63,646 bases of DNA from Planctomycetota bacterium. GTDB taxonomy: Bacteria; Planctomycetota; Planctomycetia; Pirellulales; Lacipirellulaceae. Made by a program: the position numbers and the translations under genes. Below the pieces are notes generated by a model. That model saw only the letters and a list, made by a program, of their open reading frames with translations, had not been told where the DNA came from and made no database searches. The stretch covers positions 1-63,646 of the forward strand of contig JAKEIB010000030.1 of assembly GCA_022614705.1 (NCBI GenBank), given 5' to 3'. Of this stretch, positions 16,582-25,299 are shown one piece after another. Every line of letters starts with the position of its first letter. Positions within the stretch are counted from its first letter, which is position 1.

Positions 16582-17475
16582 ATGATGGTGCCTGCCGAGA
16601 CAAGTTCCAAACGCCCGCTCACGCAGCTCAATCATGAGATTGATGAAGCGGAGACTGAGGCAATGCGGTTGGAGAAGGAGCGGGCGGCTGATGTGAAGGA
16701 TGCCAGACGAGCGGCGCGGCGACTGCGCTATTATCGCTTGGCCCATTGGCTACGACGTCCGGCCGCATCGTTCGAACTGTGGCCGATGACGGTGATGTTA
16801 TTTGGTCCCCTGACAGTGGGCGTGCTCGCTCTAATCGCAGTACATCTGCCGTTCGGCTCCTACCCGCTGGCATTCTTCGCGTTTCTTCTGGGCACGGTCG
16901 CCGGCGTGGGCCTGTTTGCGTCCCTCATCTATTACCCGGCCGACACGTTCCTGCCAGCCGCCATTGCCGAAGCGGAAGCTCAATCGCGGCTCGCGAACGC
17001 CCGCCTCGAAGAAAAGCTGGGCCGAATCGCCGACGTCAAGCAGCGACTGCAGCAACTCGTCGACGAGCGTCGCGATCAAATCGCTTCGGGCAAGCTGCAA
17101 CGTGCCGCCCTGCTGCAACGCAACTGGAAAGCCATGCGCGACGCTGAATGGGAAGACTTCCTTGTAGAAGTTTGCCGCACACTTGGGGCTACGGTCGAGC
17201 GAACGGGAAAGAGTGGCGACCAAGGGGTCGATCTTGTCGTTGAGTTCGGGCCAAAGCGCATTGCCGTGCAGGCGAAGGGATACTACCACGCCGTCAATTC
17301 AAAAGCTGTTCAAGAAGCGGTCGCCGGCATGGCCCACTACGGCTGCAACGCTTGTGCCGCAATCACCAATAGCCGGTTCACGTCGGGTGCTAAGGAACTA
17401 GCCGCAAGCAATCGCTGCACCCTCATCGGCGAGAGTGAATTTCCCGATTTCGTGTTGGGAAAGATCGAACTGTGA
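16582..17475 (+). CDS. Membrane-anchored Mrr-type (PD-(D/E)xK) restriction endonuclease domain protein
   Basis: N-terminal charged helix, two TM segments (LFGPLTVGVLALIAV, FFAFLLGTVAGVGLFASLI) and a coiled-coil-like linker. The C-terminal WEDFLVEVCRTLG...GDQGVDLVVE...IAVQAKGY...AAITNSRFTSGA is the Mrr_cat signature. Confidence 0.7.
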   Translation: MMVPAETSSKRPLTQLNHEIDEAETEAMRLEKERAADVKDARRAARRLRYYRLAHWLRRPAASFELWPMTVMLFGPLTVGVLALIAVHLPFGSYPLAFFAFLLGTVAGVGLFASLIYYPADTFLPAAIAEAEAQSRLANARLEEKLGRIADVKQRLQQLVDERRDQIASGKLQRAALLQRNWKAMRDAEWEDFLVEVCRTLGATVERTGKSGDQGVDLVVEFGPKRIAVQAKGYYHAVNSKAVQEAVAGMAHYGCNACAAITNSRFTSGAKELAASNRCTLIGESEFPDFVLGKIEL

Positions 17476-17552
17476 AATGCATCGCGCGCGGCTGGGTTTA
17501 TCCCCGCAGCAACCGCCGGGACAAATCTGGCGGCTCGTGGCGCGTTCACATG

Positions 17553-19874
17553 TCAACTAACCGGCCTCACGGCGCTGTGTGCGAGGATGATTTTCTTTTG
17601 GCCGACCGTGGCGAATTGGATCGTCGCGCGGCGGTTTTTGCCCGAGCCGGAGAGGGCCACGATTTTGCCGGGGCCGTATTCGGGGTGTGTGACGGTCATG
17701 CCCTGCTTGAAGGCGTCGGGCGACACGCGCGGCAGTTTTTCAGCGGCCGTTGGTGCGCTGTCGCTTGATTCGCGCTCGAGTGTGGCAGCCGTTTTGAGGG
17801 AAGCCGCGACTACGCTGAGCGCCGCTTTCGCATTGCCGCTCGCGGGTTCGACCGTCACGTCTTCAATTTGCCCGTCGTCCCAAGAGTCGTCGCCATCGTC
17901 GTCGCCGTCCGGTTCCGCCCACGGGTCGAAGGCCGCCGCGTCGAATGCGCCGGAGGCGTCGACGATTTCCATTTCCTCGCGCGGCATCTCCATTAGGAAC
18001 GAACTCGGAATCGTCCGCCGTCGCACACCGCGGTAGTCGCGCGTCACGGCATAGCTAAGCTGCAGCTCTTCCTCCGCCCGCGTGATGCCGACGAACGCCA
18101 GCCGGCGCTCTTCTTCCAGCTCGTCTGGATGCTGGCCGACGCGCTCATGGGGCAACACGCCGTCCTCGACCGCCACGATGAACACGGCCGGAAACTCCAG
18201 CCCTTTGGCCGCGTGCAGCGTCATGAGCGTGGCTTTATCGGTCTCCGTGTCCCAGTCGTCGGTCTCGTTCACGAGCCAGGCACGTTCCAAGTACTCCTCC
18301 AAGCGTCCTCCCCCCGGATTCTGCTCGTCGAACTGTCGCGCGTCGGTAAGCAATTCCTCGATGTTGGCCAATCGGTTTTGATCCTGTTCGTCGTCGCTGC
18401 CGGCGAGCGCCGCGCGATAGCCCGACGCCTCCAGAACCGTGCCGATGACTTCCTCCAAGTCGCCGTGTACGACCGACGCGATACGATCGACGATCGCAAC
18501 ATACGCGGCCACCTTTCCCGCGGTGCCCTTAGGCAATCCGTCGACCTGACTGGCCGCGCGGGCCGCGTCTAGCATTGGCAAACCGTAGCGATACGCATAC
18601 TCGGTAAGCCGCTCAATCGACTTGCGGCCGATGCCGCGAGCCGGCGTGTTAACCGTTCGCTCAAACGCCATGTCGTCGCGCGGATTGTTCACCAACTGGC
18701 AGTACGCCAGCACGTCCTTGATTTCCTTGCGGGCATAAAACTCCTGGCCGCGGACCATCTGGTACGGCACGCCCGCCGCGCGCAGCGCTTTTTCCAGCGC
18801 CCGCGACAATGCGTTCACGCGATAGAAAATCGCGAAGTCGCTCGGTTTGCGCCGCCCGCCTTCGACCGCCGCGCGAATCTGCTCCGCGATGTCGGCCGCC
18901 TCACGATCCTGGTCCGCGTAAGCGGCCAGCCGCACGCTCGCGCCGTCGTCGTTCTCCGTCCACAACTCCTTTTTTTTGCGGCGCACGTTATGACCGATCA
19001 GCGCGTCGGCGATGCTCAAAATCCGCTTCGTGCTGCGATAGTTGCGCTCCAGCCGCACGATCTTCACGTTCGGATAATCGTGCTCGAACTCGAGGATGTT
19101 ATTGAGATCGGCGCCGCGCCAGCCATAGATCGATTGGTCGGGGTCGCCCGTGACGGCGAGGTTCGGATAATCGGTCGACAGCGCGCGAAGGATCACGTAT
19201 TGCGCGCGGTTCGTGTCCTGATACTCGTCGACGAGCACGTAGCGAAACCGCTCATCCAAATCGGCCCGCACCTCCGAGTGGTCATGCAGCAGCTGCGCGA
19301 CGTGCAGCAACAAGTCGTCAAAGTCGACGGCGGACGAGGCCAGCATCCGCTCCTGGTAGGCCGGATATACGTCGGCCACCACGCGACCCAGCATGCTGCC
19401 CGCGCGCGGCTCGTAGCGCTCGGGCGTGATCAGCTTGTTCTTGAGCCCGCTGATCGCATCGGCCAGTCGATCGGGCGAGTAGTTGAGCGTGTTGATGTCG
19501 CGGGCTTCAATCACCCGCTTGATCGTTTGCCGCGCGTCGCTGGTGTCGTAGATCGTGAAGTTCGGCTCGAGGCCGACGTAATCGGCGTAGCGCCGCAGCA
19601 ACATGGCCCCGAAGCGGTGAAACGTGCTCAGCCACACCCGGTCGCCGGGCGCCAATTCGGCAACGCGGCGCTGCATTTCGTCGGCCGCCTTATTGGTGAA
19701 CGTCAGCGCGAGAATCTGCGACGCTCTCACGCCGCTTTCGAGCAAATGCGCGATTCGATGCGTGATCACACGCGTTTTACCGCTGCCGGGCCCGGCCAGC
19801 ACGAGCAGCGGCCCCTCGCGATGCGTCACCGCTTCGCGCTGCGGTTCGGTAAGTGATTCGAGGAGTGGATTCAA
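17553..19874 (-). CDS. UvrD/PcrA/Rep-family ATP-dependent DNA helicase
   Basis: LTEPQREAV, Walker A AGPGSGKT, VDEYQDTN, TFHRFG, TLHAAKGLEF and VGITRA, plus a C-terminal Tudor-like tail. The start is TTG at 19874. Confidence 0.9.
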   Translation of the reverse strand: MNPLLESLTEPQREAVTHREGPLLVLAGPGSGKTRVITHRIAHLLESGVRASQILALTFTNKAADEMQRRVAELAPGDRVWLSTFHRFGAMLLRRYADYVGLEPNFTIYDTSDARQTIKRVIEARDINTLNYSPDRLADAISGLKNKLITPERYEPRAGSMLGRVVADVYPAYQERMLASSAVDFDDLLLHVAQLLHDHSEVRADLDERFRYVLVDEYQDTNRAQYVILRALSTDYPNLAVTGDPDQSIYGWRGADLNNILEFEHDYPNVKIVRLERNYRSTKRILSIADALIGHNVRRKKKELWTENDDGASVRLAAYADQDREAADIAEQIRAAVEGGRRKPSDFAIFYRVNALSRALEKALRAAGVPYQMVRGQEFYARKEIKDVLAYCQLVNNPRDDMAFERTVNTPARGIGRKSIERLTEYAYRYGLPMLDAARAASQVDGLPKGTAGKVAAYVAIVDRIASVVHGDLEEVIGTVLEASGYRAALAGSDDEQDQNRLANIEELLTDARQFDEQNPGGGRLEEYLERAWLVNETDDWDTETDKATLMTLHAAKGLEFPAVFIVAVEDGVLPHERVGQHPDELEEERRLAFVGITRAEEELQLSYAVTRDYRGVRRRTIPSSFLMEMPREEMEIVDASGAFDAAAFDPWAEPDGDDDGDDSWDDGQIEDVTVEPASGNAKAALSVVAASLKTAATLERESSDSAPTAAEKLPRVSPDAFKQGMTVTHPEYGPGKIVALSGSGKNRRATIQFATVGQKKIILAHSAVRPVS

Positions 19875-19976
19875 CGTAAGTTAGCCTTTCCAGGTCGCCA
19901 CGGCGACTCGCTGCGGCGAGCTGACACAATTCGGTTTGAGCGCACATTCAGTTAGGCTGGAAAGCCTAACCTACGT
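19875..19976. repeat. TIR-plus-hairpins element (ACGTA-GTTAGCC/GGCTAAC family)
   Basis: Left end cgtaagttagcctttccagg. Right end ttaggctggaaagcctaacctacgt. Internal hairpins gtcgccacggcgac and tcgctgcggcga. It abuts the uvrD start. Confidence 0.75.
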
Positions 19977-20195
19977 CATCATTTCCGATTCATGATCGGG
20001 CGTACACCCCCGGCCGGCCTCTTTGTGCTCAATGCTAGCAGGCGACCGTAATTTATCGCAATTTTTCGCTGTCGATGCTCGCGATGCTCTGGAAACTTGG
20101 TATACTCCGCGAGGAATCGACAGGCGATTAGGCGCGCGACCCCGTGTCGCCGCGACCCAGTCAGCATCTCTAATCTCGAAGGGAGGGAACCCGCC

Positions 20196-20465
20196 ATGAC
20201 CCGGATTCCGCTGAATCGCGCGTACGAGCAATCGCAGGACCTGAAGGAAAAGCTCGAGATGAGCACCGCCGAAATCGGCCTGGCCGTACGAACCACCAAT
20301 TGCCTTGAAGAGCGCGGCGTGTTCACCGTGAACGACTTGCTGCACTGCACGCGCGAGGACCTCTTGAGCATCTCGAACTTTGGCGAAAAGACGCTCGAAG
20401 AGGTTTATAAAGCGTTGGAAAACGTCGGCTTCTATCGGCCGAACCACGAGCCGGCCAACGTTTGA
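20196..20465 (+). CDS. Stand-alone RNA polymerase alpha-subunit C-terminal domain (alpha-CTD, HhH) protein
   Basis: IGLAVRTTNCLEERGVFTVNDLLHCTREDLLSISNFGEKTLEEVYKALENVG matches the alpha-CTD helix-hairpin-helix. ATG 20196 is preceded by GGGAGGG. It is 89 aa. Confidence 0.75.
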   Translation: MTRIPLNRAYEQSQDLKEKLEMSTAEIGLAVRTTNCLEERGVFTVNDLLHCTREDLLSISNFGEKTLEEVYKALENVGFYRPNHEPANV

Positions 20466-20486
20466 CGTTGTGCAAGCGCAAGGCAT

Positions 20487-20567
20487 GGGGTGGCACGCCC
20501 GGAGTCTCCGACGGGCGTGGTTGAAGCGTAGTACACCACGCCCTTCCCGACTCAGGGCGTGCCACCC
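20487..20567. repeat. TIR-plus-two-hairpins palindrome downstream of the alpha-CTD gene
   Basis: gggtggcacgcccggagtctccgacgggcgtggt...accacgcccttcccgactcagggcgtgccaccc. There are two CACGCCC-loop-GGGCGTG hairpins inside outer inverted arms. It may act as a terminator. Confidence 0.75.
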
Positions 20568-20662
20568 GGCCGCTGTCTGTCGGCGCGACGCCATTTGTGG
20601 GACAATTGCGTAAGTGAACGACCGCTCGTAGTCGTTCATGCCACGTTGTCACCTGCGCGCCA

Positions 20663-21730
20663 ATGGCCTCCCGACTGCGGCTATTTGTCAAAAAACGCGG
20701 TTCGCGCCGCACCGGCGCCCGCTGGCCGGGCCTGCTCGGCGAGGCGCTGTTGTTCATTGCGCTGATTGCCATCGGCGCCTACGGACTGCATTGGCTGATC
20801 GGCGGTGTGCTACTGGCGGAAGGTTCGCGCCACGGATGGTGGCTGTGGCTCGCGATCGTTATTCCGCTCGCACTCGTCGGCTACGGGGCGACGGAACTCG
20901 TGATGCTGTTGTGGCGCAACCTGGCGTCGACCGAGCGCCGCGCCGCCGCCGTTCAAAAAGCGATCGATTGGGAAATACCCGTCGGCCCCGGCAAGGCCGA
21001 CCCACTCGCGCTGCCTAGCGTGCCGCCTGTCAGCGCCGTCACCGATAGCCCGGGCACGCGCCTCGCCTACAGATTGCCGATCGACGCCGCGTCGGGTTGG
21101 ATGTCGTTCACGATGGCAGCCGTGTGCCTCGTGTGGAACACGCTCGTGGTGATTTTCGTCTATCGCGTGGTTCAACAACACATCGACGTCCGCCCGAACC
21201 GCTGGCTGCTCACCTGGCTGATGGTGCCGTTCGTGATGGCCGGTGCGTTGACGCTGGTGGCGCTCGTGCGGCAAGTACTGCAGGAAATCGTCATCGGCAC
21301 GACGCGGGTGGAAGTGTCGCATCACCCTTTCTATCCGGGCGGCACGTTTCAAGGATTCGTTTCGCAAACTGGCCGGCTGCACGTGCGCTGGTTTCAGGTG
21401 CAGCTTGCGTGCGAGGAGCAGGCCGTTTATCAACAGGGCACCGACACGCGGCGGGCAACGAGCCGCGTCTACAGCGCGACGGCGTTAAGTCAGCGGAGGT
21501 TCGACATCACGCCGCAACAGGCATTCGAAGCCACGTTTGATTTGACGGTCCCCGAAACTGCGATGCACTCGTTCGTGTCCGGGCACAACGCAGTGGTCTG
21601 GACACTCGTGGTCCGCGGCCGCATGGCCCGCTGGGGCGAATTCGAACGACACTTTCCAATTTACGTTTATCCCGTGCGCACGATCGAGCCGACCGTGATG
21701 CTGCCACTCGTTGCCAGCGCGAGGAGCTGA
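20663..21730 (+). CDS. Hypothetical 4-TM membrane protein with C-terminal beta-sandwich (arrestin-like) module
   Basis: Four hydrophobic segments, then about 140 aa containing FYPGGTFQGFV...FDLTVPETAMHSFVSGHNAVVWTLVVRG. It is the first gene of a tightly packed three-gene operon. Confidence 0.7.
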   Translation: MASRLRLFVKKRGSRRTGARWPGLLGEALLFIALIAIGAYGLHWLIGGVLLAEGSRHGWWLWLAIVIPLALVGYGATELVMLLWRNLASTERRAAAVQKAIDWEIPVGPGKADPLALPSVPPVSAVTDSPGTRLAYRLPIDAASGWMSFTMAAVCLVWNTLVVIFVYRVVQQHIDVRPNRWLLTWLMVPFVMAGALTLVALVRQVLQEIVIGTTRVEVSHHPFYPGGTFQGFVSQTGRLHVRWFQVQLACEEQAVYQQGTDTRRATSRVYSATALSQRRFDITPQQAFEATFDLTVPETAMHSFVSGHNAVVWTLVVRGRMARWGEFERHFPIYVYPVRTIEPTVMLPLVASARS

Positions 21731-21735
21731 TTTTC

Positions 21736-22161
21736 GTGGGCCCGTCACATATTCAACTCACGCTCGACTTGTCGACCGCCCACTACCAGCCGGGCGATCG
21801 CCTCACCGGCCGCTTCATGGTCGACGGTACGCAGCCGTGGCAGGCGCGGGCGGCCGAGCTTTCCGTCCTCTGGTACACGGCCGGCAAGGGCGACGAGGAC
21901 ATGTCGGTGCACCACTTCGAGCGGATCGTCGACGAGCCGGCCCGGCCGCTCGATTTGCGCATGCCGCATCGATTCGCAACCGTGCTCCCAACGAGTCCGC
22001 TCAGCTACGACGGCGAGATCGTGAAAGTGTGCTGGTGCGTGCGCCTGCGGATATTCCTCCCGCAAGGCCAGGAGTCGGTGGCCGAAACGGCGTTCCGCTT
22101 GGGAAGCGTGCCACCGGCGACGGGTGAGGAACAAGGTACGAGCAGCGAGATCGTAGACTGA
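21736..22161 (+). CDS. Hypothetical soluble protein paralogous to the C-terminal module of the upstream gene
   Basis: HYQPGDRLTGRFMV...FATVLPTSPLSYDGEIVKVCWCVRLRI parallels the upstream C-terminal domain. GTG 21736 lies 9 nt after GAGGAG and 5 nt after the upstream stop. Confidence 0.65.
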   Translation: MGPSHIQLTLDLSTAHYQPGDRLTGRFMVDGTQPWQARAAELSVLWYTAGKGDEDMSVHHFERIVDEPARPLDLRMPHRFATVLPTSPLSYDGEIVKVCWCVRLRIFLPQGQESVAETAFRLGSVPPATGEEQGTSSEIVD

Positions 22162-22162
22162 A

Positions 22163-22831
22163 ATGGATCATCATCAGACACATCTCAACGCTTGCGGTTT
22201 AGCTAACGCTTCGCGCATCGCCTCGCGCCACTCCAACCCCTTCGCCACATGCTGGACCCGCCCCGGAGCGCTGCCGTTCCGTTTCGCCGACCGACAGTGC
22301 GCGGAACAAATTGTGGCACAATTGGCCGCCAGAAAGTGGCGCGGCGCAATCGTCGGTCCGCATGGGTGCGGCAAGTCGACGTTGCTGGAGACGCTCAAGC
22401 CGATGCTGCGCGGCGCGGGAATCCGCGTTCGCGAAATAACGCTGAGAGACAAGCAGCGCCGGCTGCCTGCCGGTTTTTTGACTTTGTTGCCGCCACGTGG
22501 TCTCACGATTGTCGATGGTTACGAGCAGCTCGGACGGCTCGAACGCGCTCGCTTGAAGCGCCGTTGCCGCCGTGCAAACTGCGGGCTACTGGTGACGTCG
22601 CACGCGCCAACGAACATTCCAACGTTAATCCACCTCGCGCCGGACGCACGCCTCGTTCAACAACTTGTTGCCGATCTGTCGGCGCGAGTGTCCACGCCGA
22701 TCACGCGGGCGGACGTGGCTGCTAGCCATGCCTGCCATGGCAGCAACGTGCGCGAGATTTTTTTCGATCTCTACGATCGTCACGAACGGCTGCGCCGCAT
22801 GGAACGAACGATTAGCCGCGCCGGTGCGTAA
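22163..22831 (+). CDS. Minimal P-loop NTPase (AAA+-like)
   Basis: Walker A GPHGCGKST, Walker B LTIVDGYEQL, and LLVTSH (sensor-like). The ATG lies 1 nt after the upstream stop. Confidence 0.7.
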   Translation: MDHHQTHLNACGLANASRIASRHSNPFATCWTRPGALPFRFADRQCAEQIVAQLAARKWRGAIVGPHGCGKSTLLETLKPMLRGAGIRVREITLRDKQRRLPAGFLTLLPPRGLTIVDGYEQLGRLERARLKRRCRRANCGLLVTSHAPTNIPTLIHLAPDARLVQQLVADLSARVSTPITRADVAASHACHGSNVREIFFDLYDRHERLRRMERTISRAGA

Positions 22832-22852
22832 CGGTTGTCGTGCATCGCGACA

Positions 22853-22914
22853 CTGTCACCCCGAGGTCTTCCGAGGGGTCCGGCTAGGTTCCTCGGAGGA
22901 CCTCGGAATGACAG
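22853..22914. repeat. TIR-plus-hairpins element (CTGTCA...TGACAG)
   Basis: ctgtcaccccgaggtcttccgaggggtccggctaggttcctcggaggacctcggaatgacag. It has 6-bp termini and two imperfect internal palindromes. Confidence 0.55.
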
Positions 22915-23305
22915 CGATAGAATGCCGTGCTGTTTTCGTGCAGGTCGGAGTTACGTCCATTGTCGCGAACGTAATGGTCGCTCAGCCGTGCGAATGTGGT
23001 TGCGCCGCAACATTGGGCCGCGCGTGTTGTTTCTCGGCAACGTGCCGGGCCGATGGGCTGAGGTTGATGTAGACTACACCAAACCCCCTCGTTTCGGGTC
23101 TTGGAGTCAATCGGCCGGCGACTGCGTTCGCGGTGCAGACGGTCGTGGGCGAGTTGTGCCCGCATTGCTTCGCTAGCCGGCAAAGCTTGCCCAGCATGCA
23201 ATCCCCGCCAAATTCGATTTCACCGTGCTCGGATTGTTGCTTTCCGGCGCGTGGGTGAGTAAACAAAAGGTAGGGTCATTTCTCGTCTAACTAAGTGAGC
23301 AGAAC

Positions 23306-24238
23306 ATGATTGCCAATTCAATGCGTCGCGCGATCGTCGCCTTTGCCATCCTGGCGATGTTGGTCATCGCCGTTGAAGCGAACGCCGCTTGTTGCGGCGG
23401 CGGAATGACGGCATTCTATCCGAGCGCGTACAACACTTACTACGCCGGTTCGTATAGCGCCTACTATCCGAGCGCTTACCAGACGTATTACTCAGGCTGG
23501 TATCCGGGCTACTACTGGGATCGCATCCGCACGCGGTTGTGGGGTTCGCCGTCGACGTACATCGCGGCCTATCCGTCGACCTACGTCGCCGGTTACGCGC
23601 CAACCTACAGCGTTGGCTATCGGCCGATGTACACCGCCGGTTACGCAACCAGCTACGCGGCGCCGGCCGGATGCGCGTCATGCGCATCGTGTCCAACATG
23701 CCCGAGCTACACAGCCGCGTATCCATCGTGCAACGGCTGCTCGACCTGCGCCACGCAAACGGTGACCCAGACTTCCTACCAGCAGCCGGCTTGCCCGTCG
23801 TGCGCCGTTGGCGCGGCGCAGGGCCAAACGACCGTAACCACTCCCGAATCGCCGCAGACGTATGAGTCGCCGACTTCCACGTCGACGTCGAGTGGCCCCG
23901 CTCCGACCATCGACCCGAGCCAACGCGTGCCGGAACAGCGCGAAGAACAGAAGCCTCCCGTCAACGGCACGCCGCCAGAAGTTCAGCCCGGGCCGGGCGA
24001 CGATTCGACGGAGACCCAAGAATACGATCCCTACAAGGGCAACAGCAGCGACAGCTCGACCTACTTCGAAGCGCCGAAGCTGCACGACCCCAACGACCGC
24101 ACCGCCCAGCGCGCCATCCGGCCGGTGACGACGGCGGTCTACACGCAACCGGTGTCGCATCGCAGCATTTCGCCGCGGCCAGTAACCGCTCAACAAGCGC
24201 AGCAAGACGCAATCGGCTGGACCAGCGTGTCGAATTGA
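23306..24238 (+). CDS. Secreted low-complexity protein, Tyr-rich and Cys-rich N-terminal half, Pro/Thr/Ser-rich C-terminal half
   Basis: Signal-like AILAMLVIAVEANA. Repeated YPSAY/YxxxY motifs, then CASCASCPTCPSY...CNGCSTC...CPSC. No family recognised. Confidence 0.6.
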   Translation: MIANSMRRAIVAFAILAMLVIAVEANAACCGGGMTAFYPSAYNTYYAGSYSAYYPSAYQTYYSGWYPGYYWDRIRTRLWGSPSTYIAAYPSTYVAGYAPTYSVGYRPMYTAGYATSYAAPAGCASCASCPTCPSYTAAYPSCNGCSTCATQTVTQTSYQQPACPSCAVGAAQGQTTVTTPESPQTYESPTSTSTSSGPAPTIDPSQRVPEQREEQKPPVNGTPPEVQPGPGDDSTETQEYDPYKGNSSDSSTYFEAPKLHDPNDRTAQRAIRPVTTAVYTQPVSHRSISPRPVTAQQAQQDAIGWTSVSN

Positions 24239-24271
24239 ACGCTTGCGCTAAGTCGTGCTAACGAGTTATGT

Positions 24272-24344
24272 TGTGGGAGGCGTCTCCGACGCCGATATCG
24301 CTTGAGTATTCAAGCGGCAATCGGCCTCAGAGAGGCCTCCCACA
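24272..24344. repeat. TIR-plus-two-hairpins element (TGTGGGAGG...CCTCCCACA)
   Basis: tgtgggaggcgtctccgacgcc...ggcctcagagaggcctcccaca. It has the same architecture as the CTGTAGCTGG family and lies between convergent genes. Confidence 0.8.
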
Positions 24345-24369
24345 TTTTTGTGCCTTCGCGCGACGGCAC

Positions 24370-25299
24370 TCACCGAGCGATCAACACCGAGCACGTTGCC
24401 GACGCCAAAACTTGCTCAGACGTTGTGCCCAGTAGAAACCGCTCGAATCGCCCGCCTCGGCCGCTGCCAAGTACGGCGAGATCGATGTGCAATTCGCGGA
24501 TCGTGTCCACGATCTGCTCTGCCGGACGACCTTCGGCGACAATCGCTTCGCCGCGCGCGAAGCACGGCGGCAACGTCTTGCGAAACTGCTCCAATTCATC
24601 GCGCGACGCCGACAGGTTCTGTTCGTGTTCCTTCATCCACTCGTCGGCCATTGCCGCGACATCCGGATCGCGCGGGTGATTCATGACCCAGTCCGGCAAG
24701 TCGGCCAGGTACATCGGCCGCACCACCGTGAGCACGCGGCCTTCCGTCTCGGGCGGCCAGGTGAATTTCTGTAGAACGCTGGCCATCGATTCAGCGGCGT
24801 GCGTCGGATCGTAGGCCACGAGAACGCGTAGTTGACCGGCCGGCGCCGCAGCGCTGGCCGGTTCGTAGGAATCGGTGCCGCCTTTGACGACGAGCACCGG
24901 AACTTTGGCCGATTGAACGACCGTGCGACTCACGCTCCCGAGCATGAACTGCTGGATGATGCTGCTCGTGCCGTGAAACCCGACGACGATCAAATCGGCG
25001 CCGCTTTCCTCGGCCGCGTCGACCAGCGATGGTCCCGGCGATCCGGCCACTTCCTTTTGCATCGCGCGGCCCCGCCAGGGCTCTGGCAGCCGGTCCAACG
25101 CCGCGTCGAGCACCGCGCGACTCAGCGCCGATCGGGCTCGCTCCTGGACCGCGGCATCCAATCGCTCATCGTCGAACGACATCGTCGGCGTCGCGAACAC
25201 CAAAGTCAGCTCGTCGCGCTCCGGTGCGACCAATCGCCCAACGAACGCTACGGTGGCAAACGAATTCGAGGAACCATCGACGCCAACCAGGATTTTCAT
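24370..25299 (-). CDS. Tandem-domain universal stress protein (UspA family)
   Basis: MKILVGVDGSSNS...DLIVVGFHG...VPVLVV, and a second domain ending DLAVLGSGRGG...ATCSVLIAR. Confidence 0.85.
   Translation of the reverse strand: MKILVGVDGSSNSFATVAFVGRLVAPERDELTLVFATPTMSFDDERLDAAVQERARSALSRAVLDAALDRLPEPWRGRAMQKEVAGSPGPSLVDAAEESGADLIVVGFHGTSSIIQQFMLGSVSRTVVQSAKVPVLVVKGGTDSYEPASAAAPAGQLRVLVAYDPTHAAESMASVLQKFTWPPETEGRVLTVVRPMYLADLPDWVMNHPRDPDVAAMADEWMKEHEQNLSASRDELEQFRKTLPPCFARGEAIVAEGRPAEQIVDTIRELHIDLAVLGSGRGGRFERFLLGTTSEQVLASATCSVLIAR

Noticed and set aside
16582-19874. Mrr-like nuclease plus UvrD-family helicase as a two-gene defence module
   Set aside because: The genes are convergent, so they are not co-transcribed. 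The helicase has the complete housekeeping PcrA/UvrD motif set and the usual C-terminal tail. Only the nuclease is retained as a finding.
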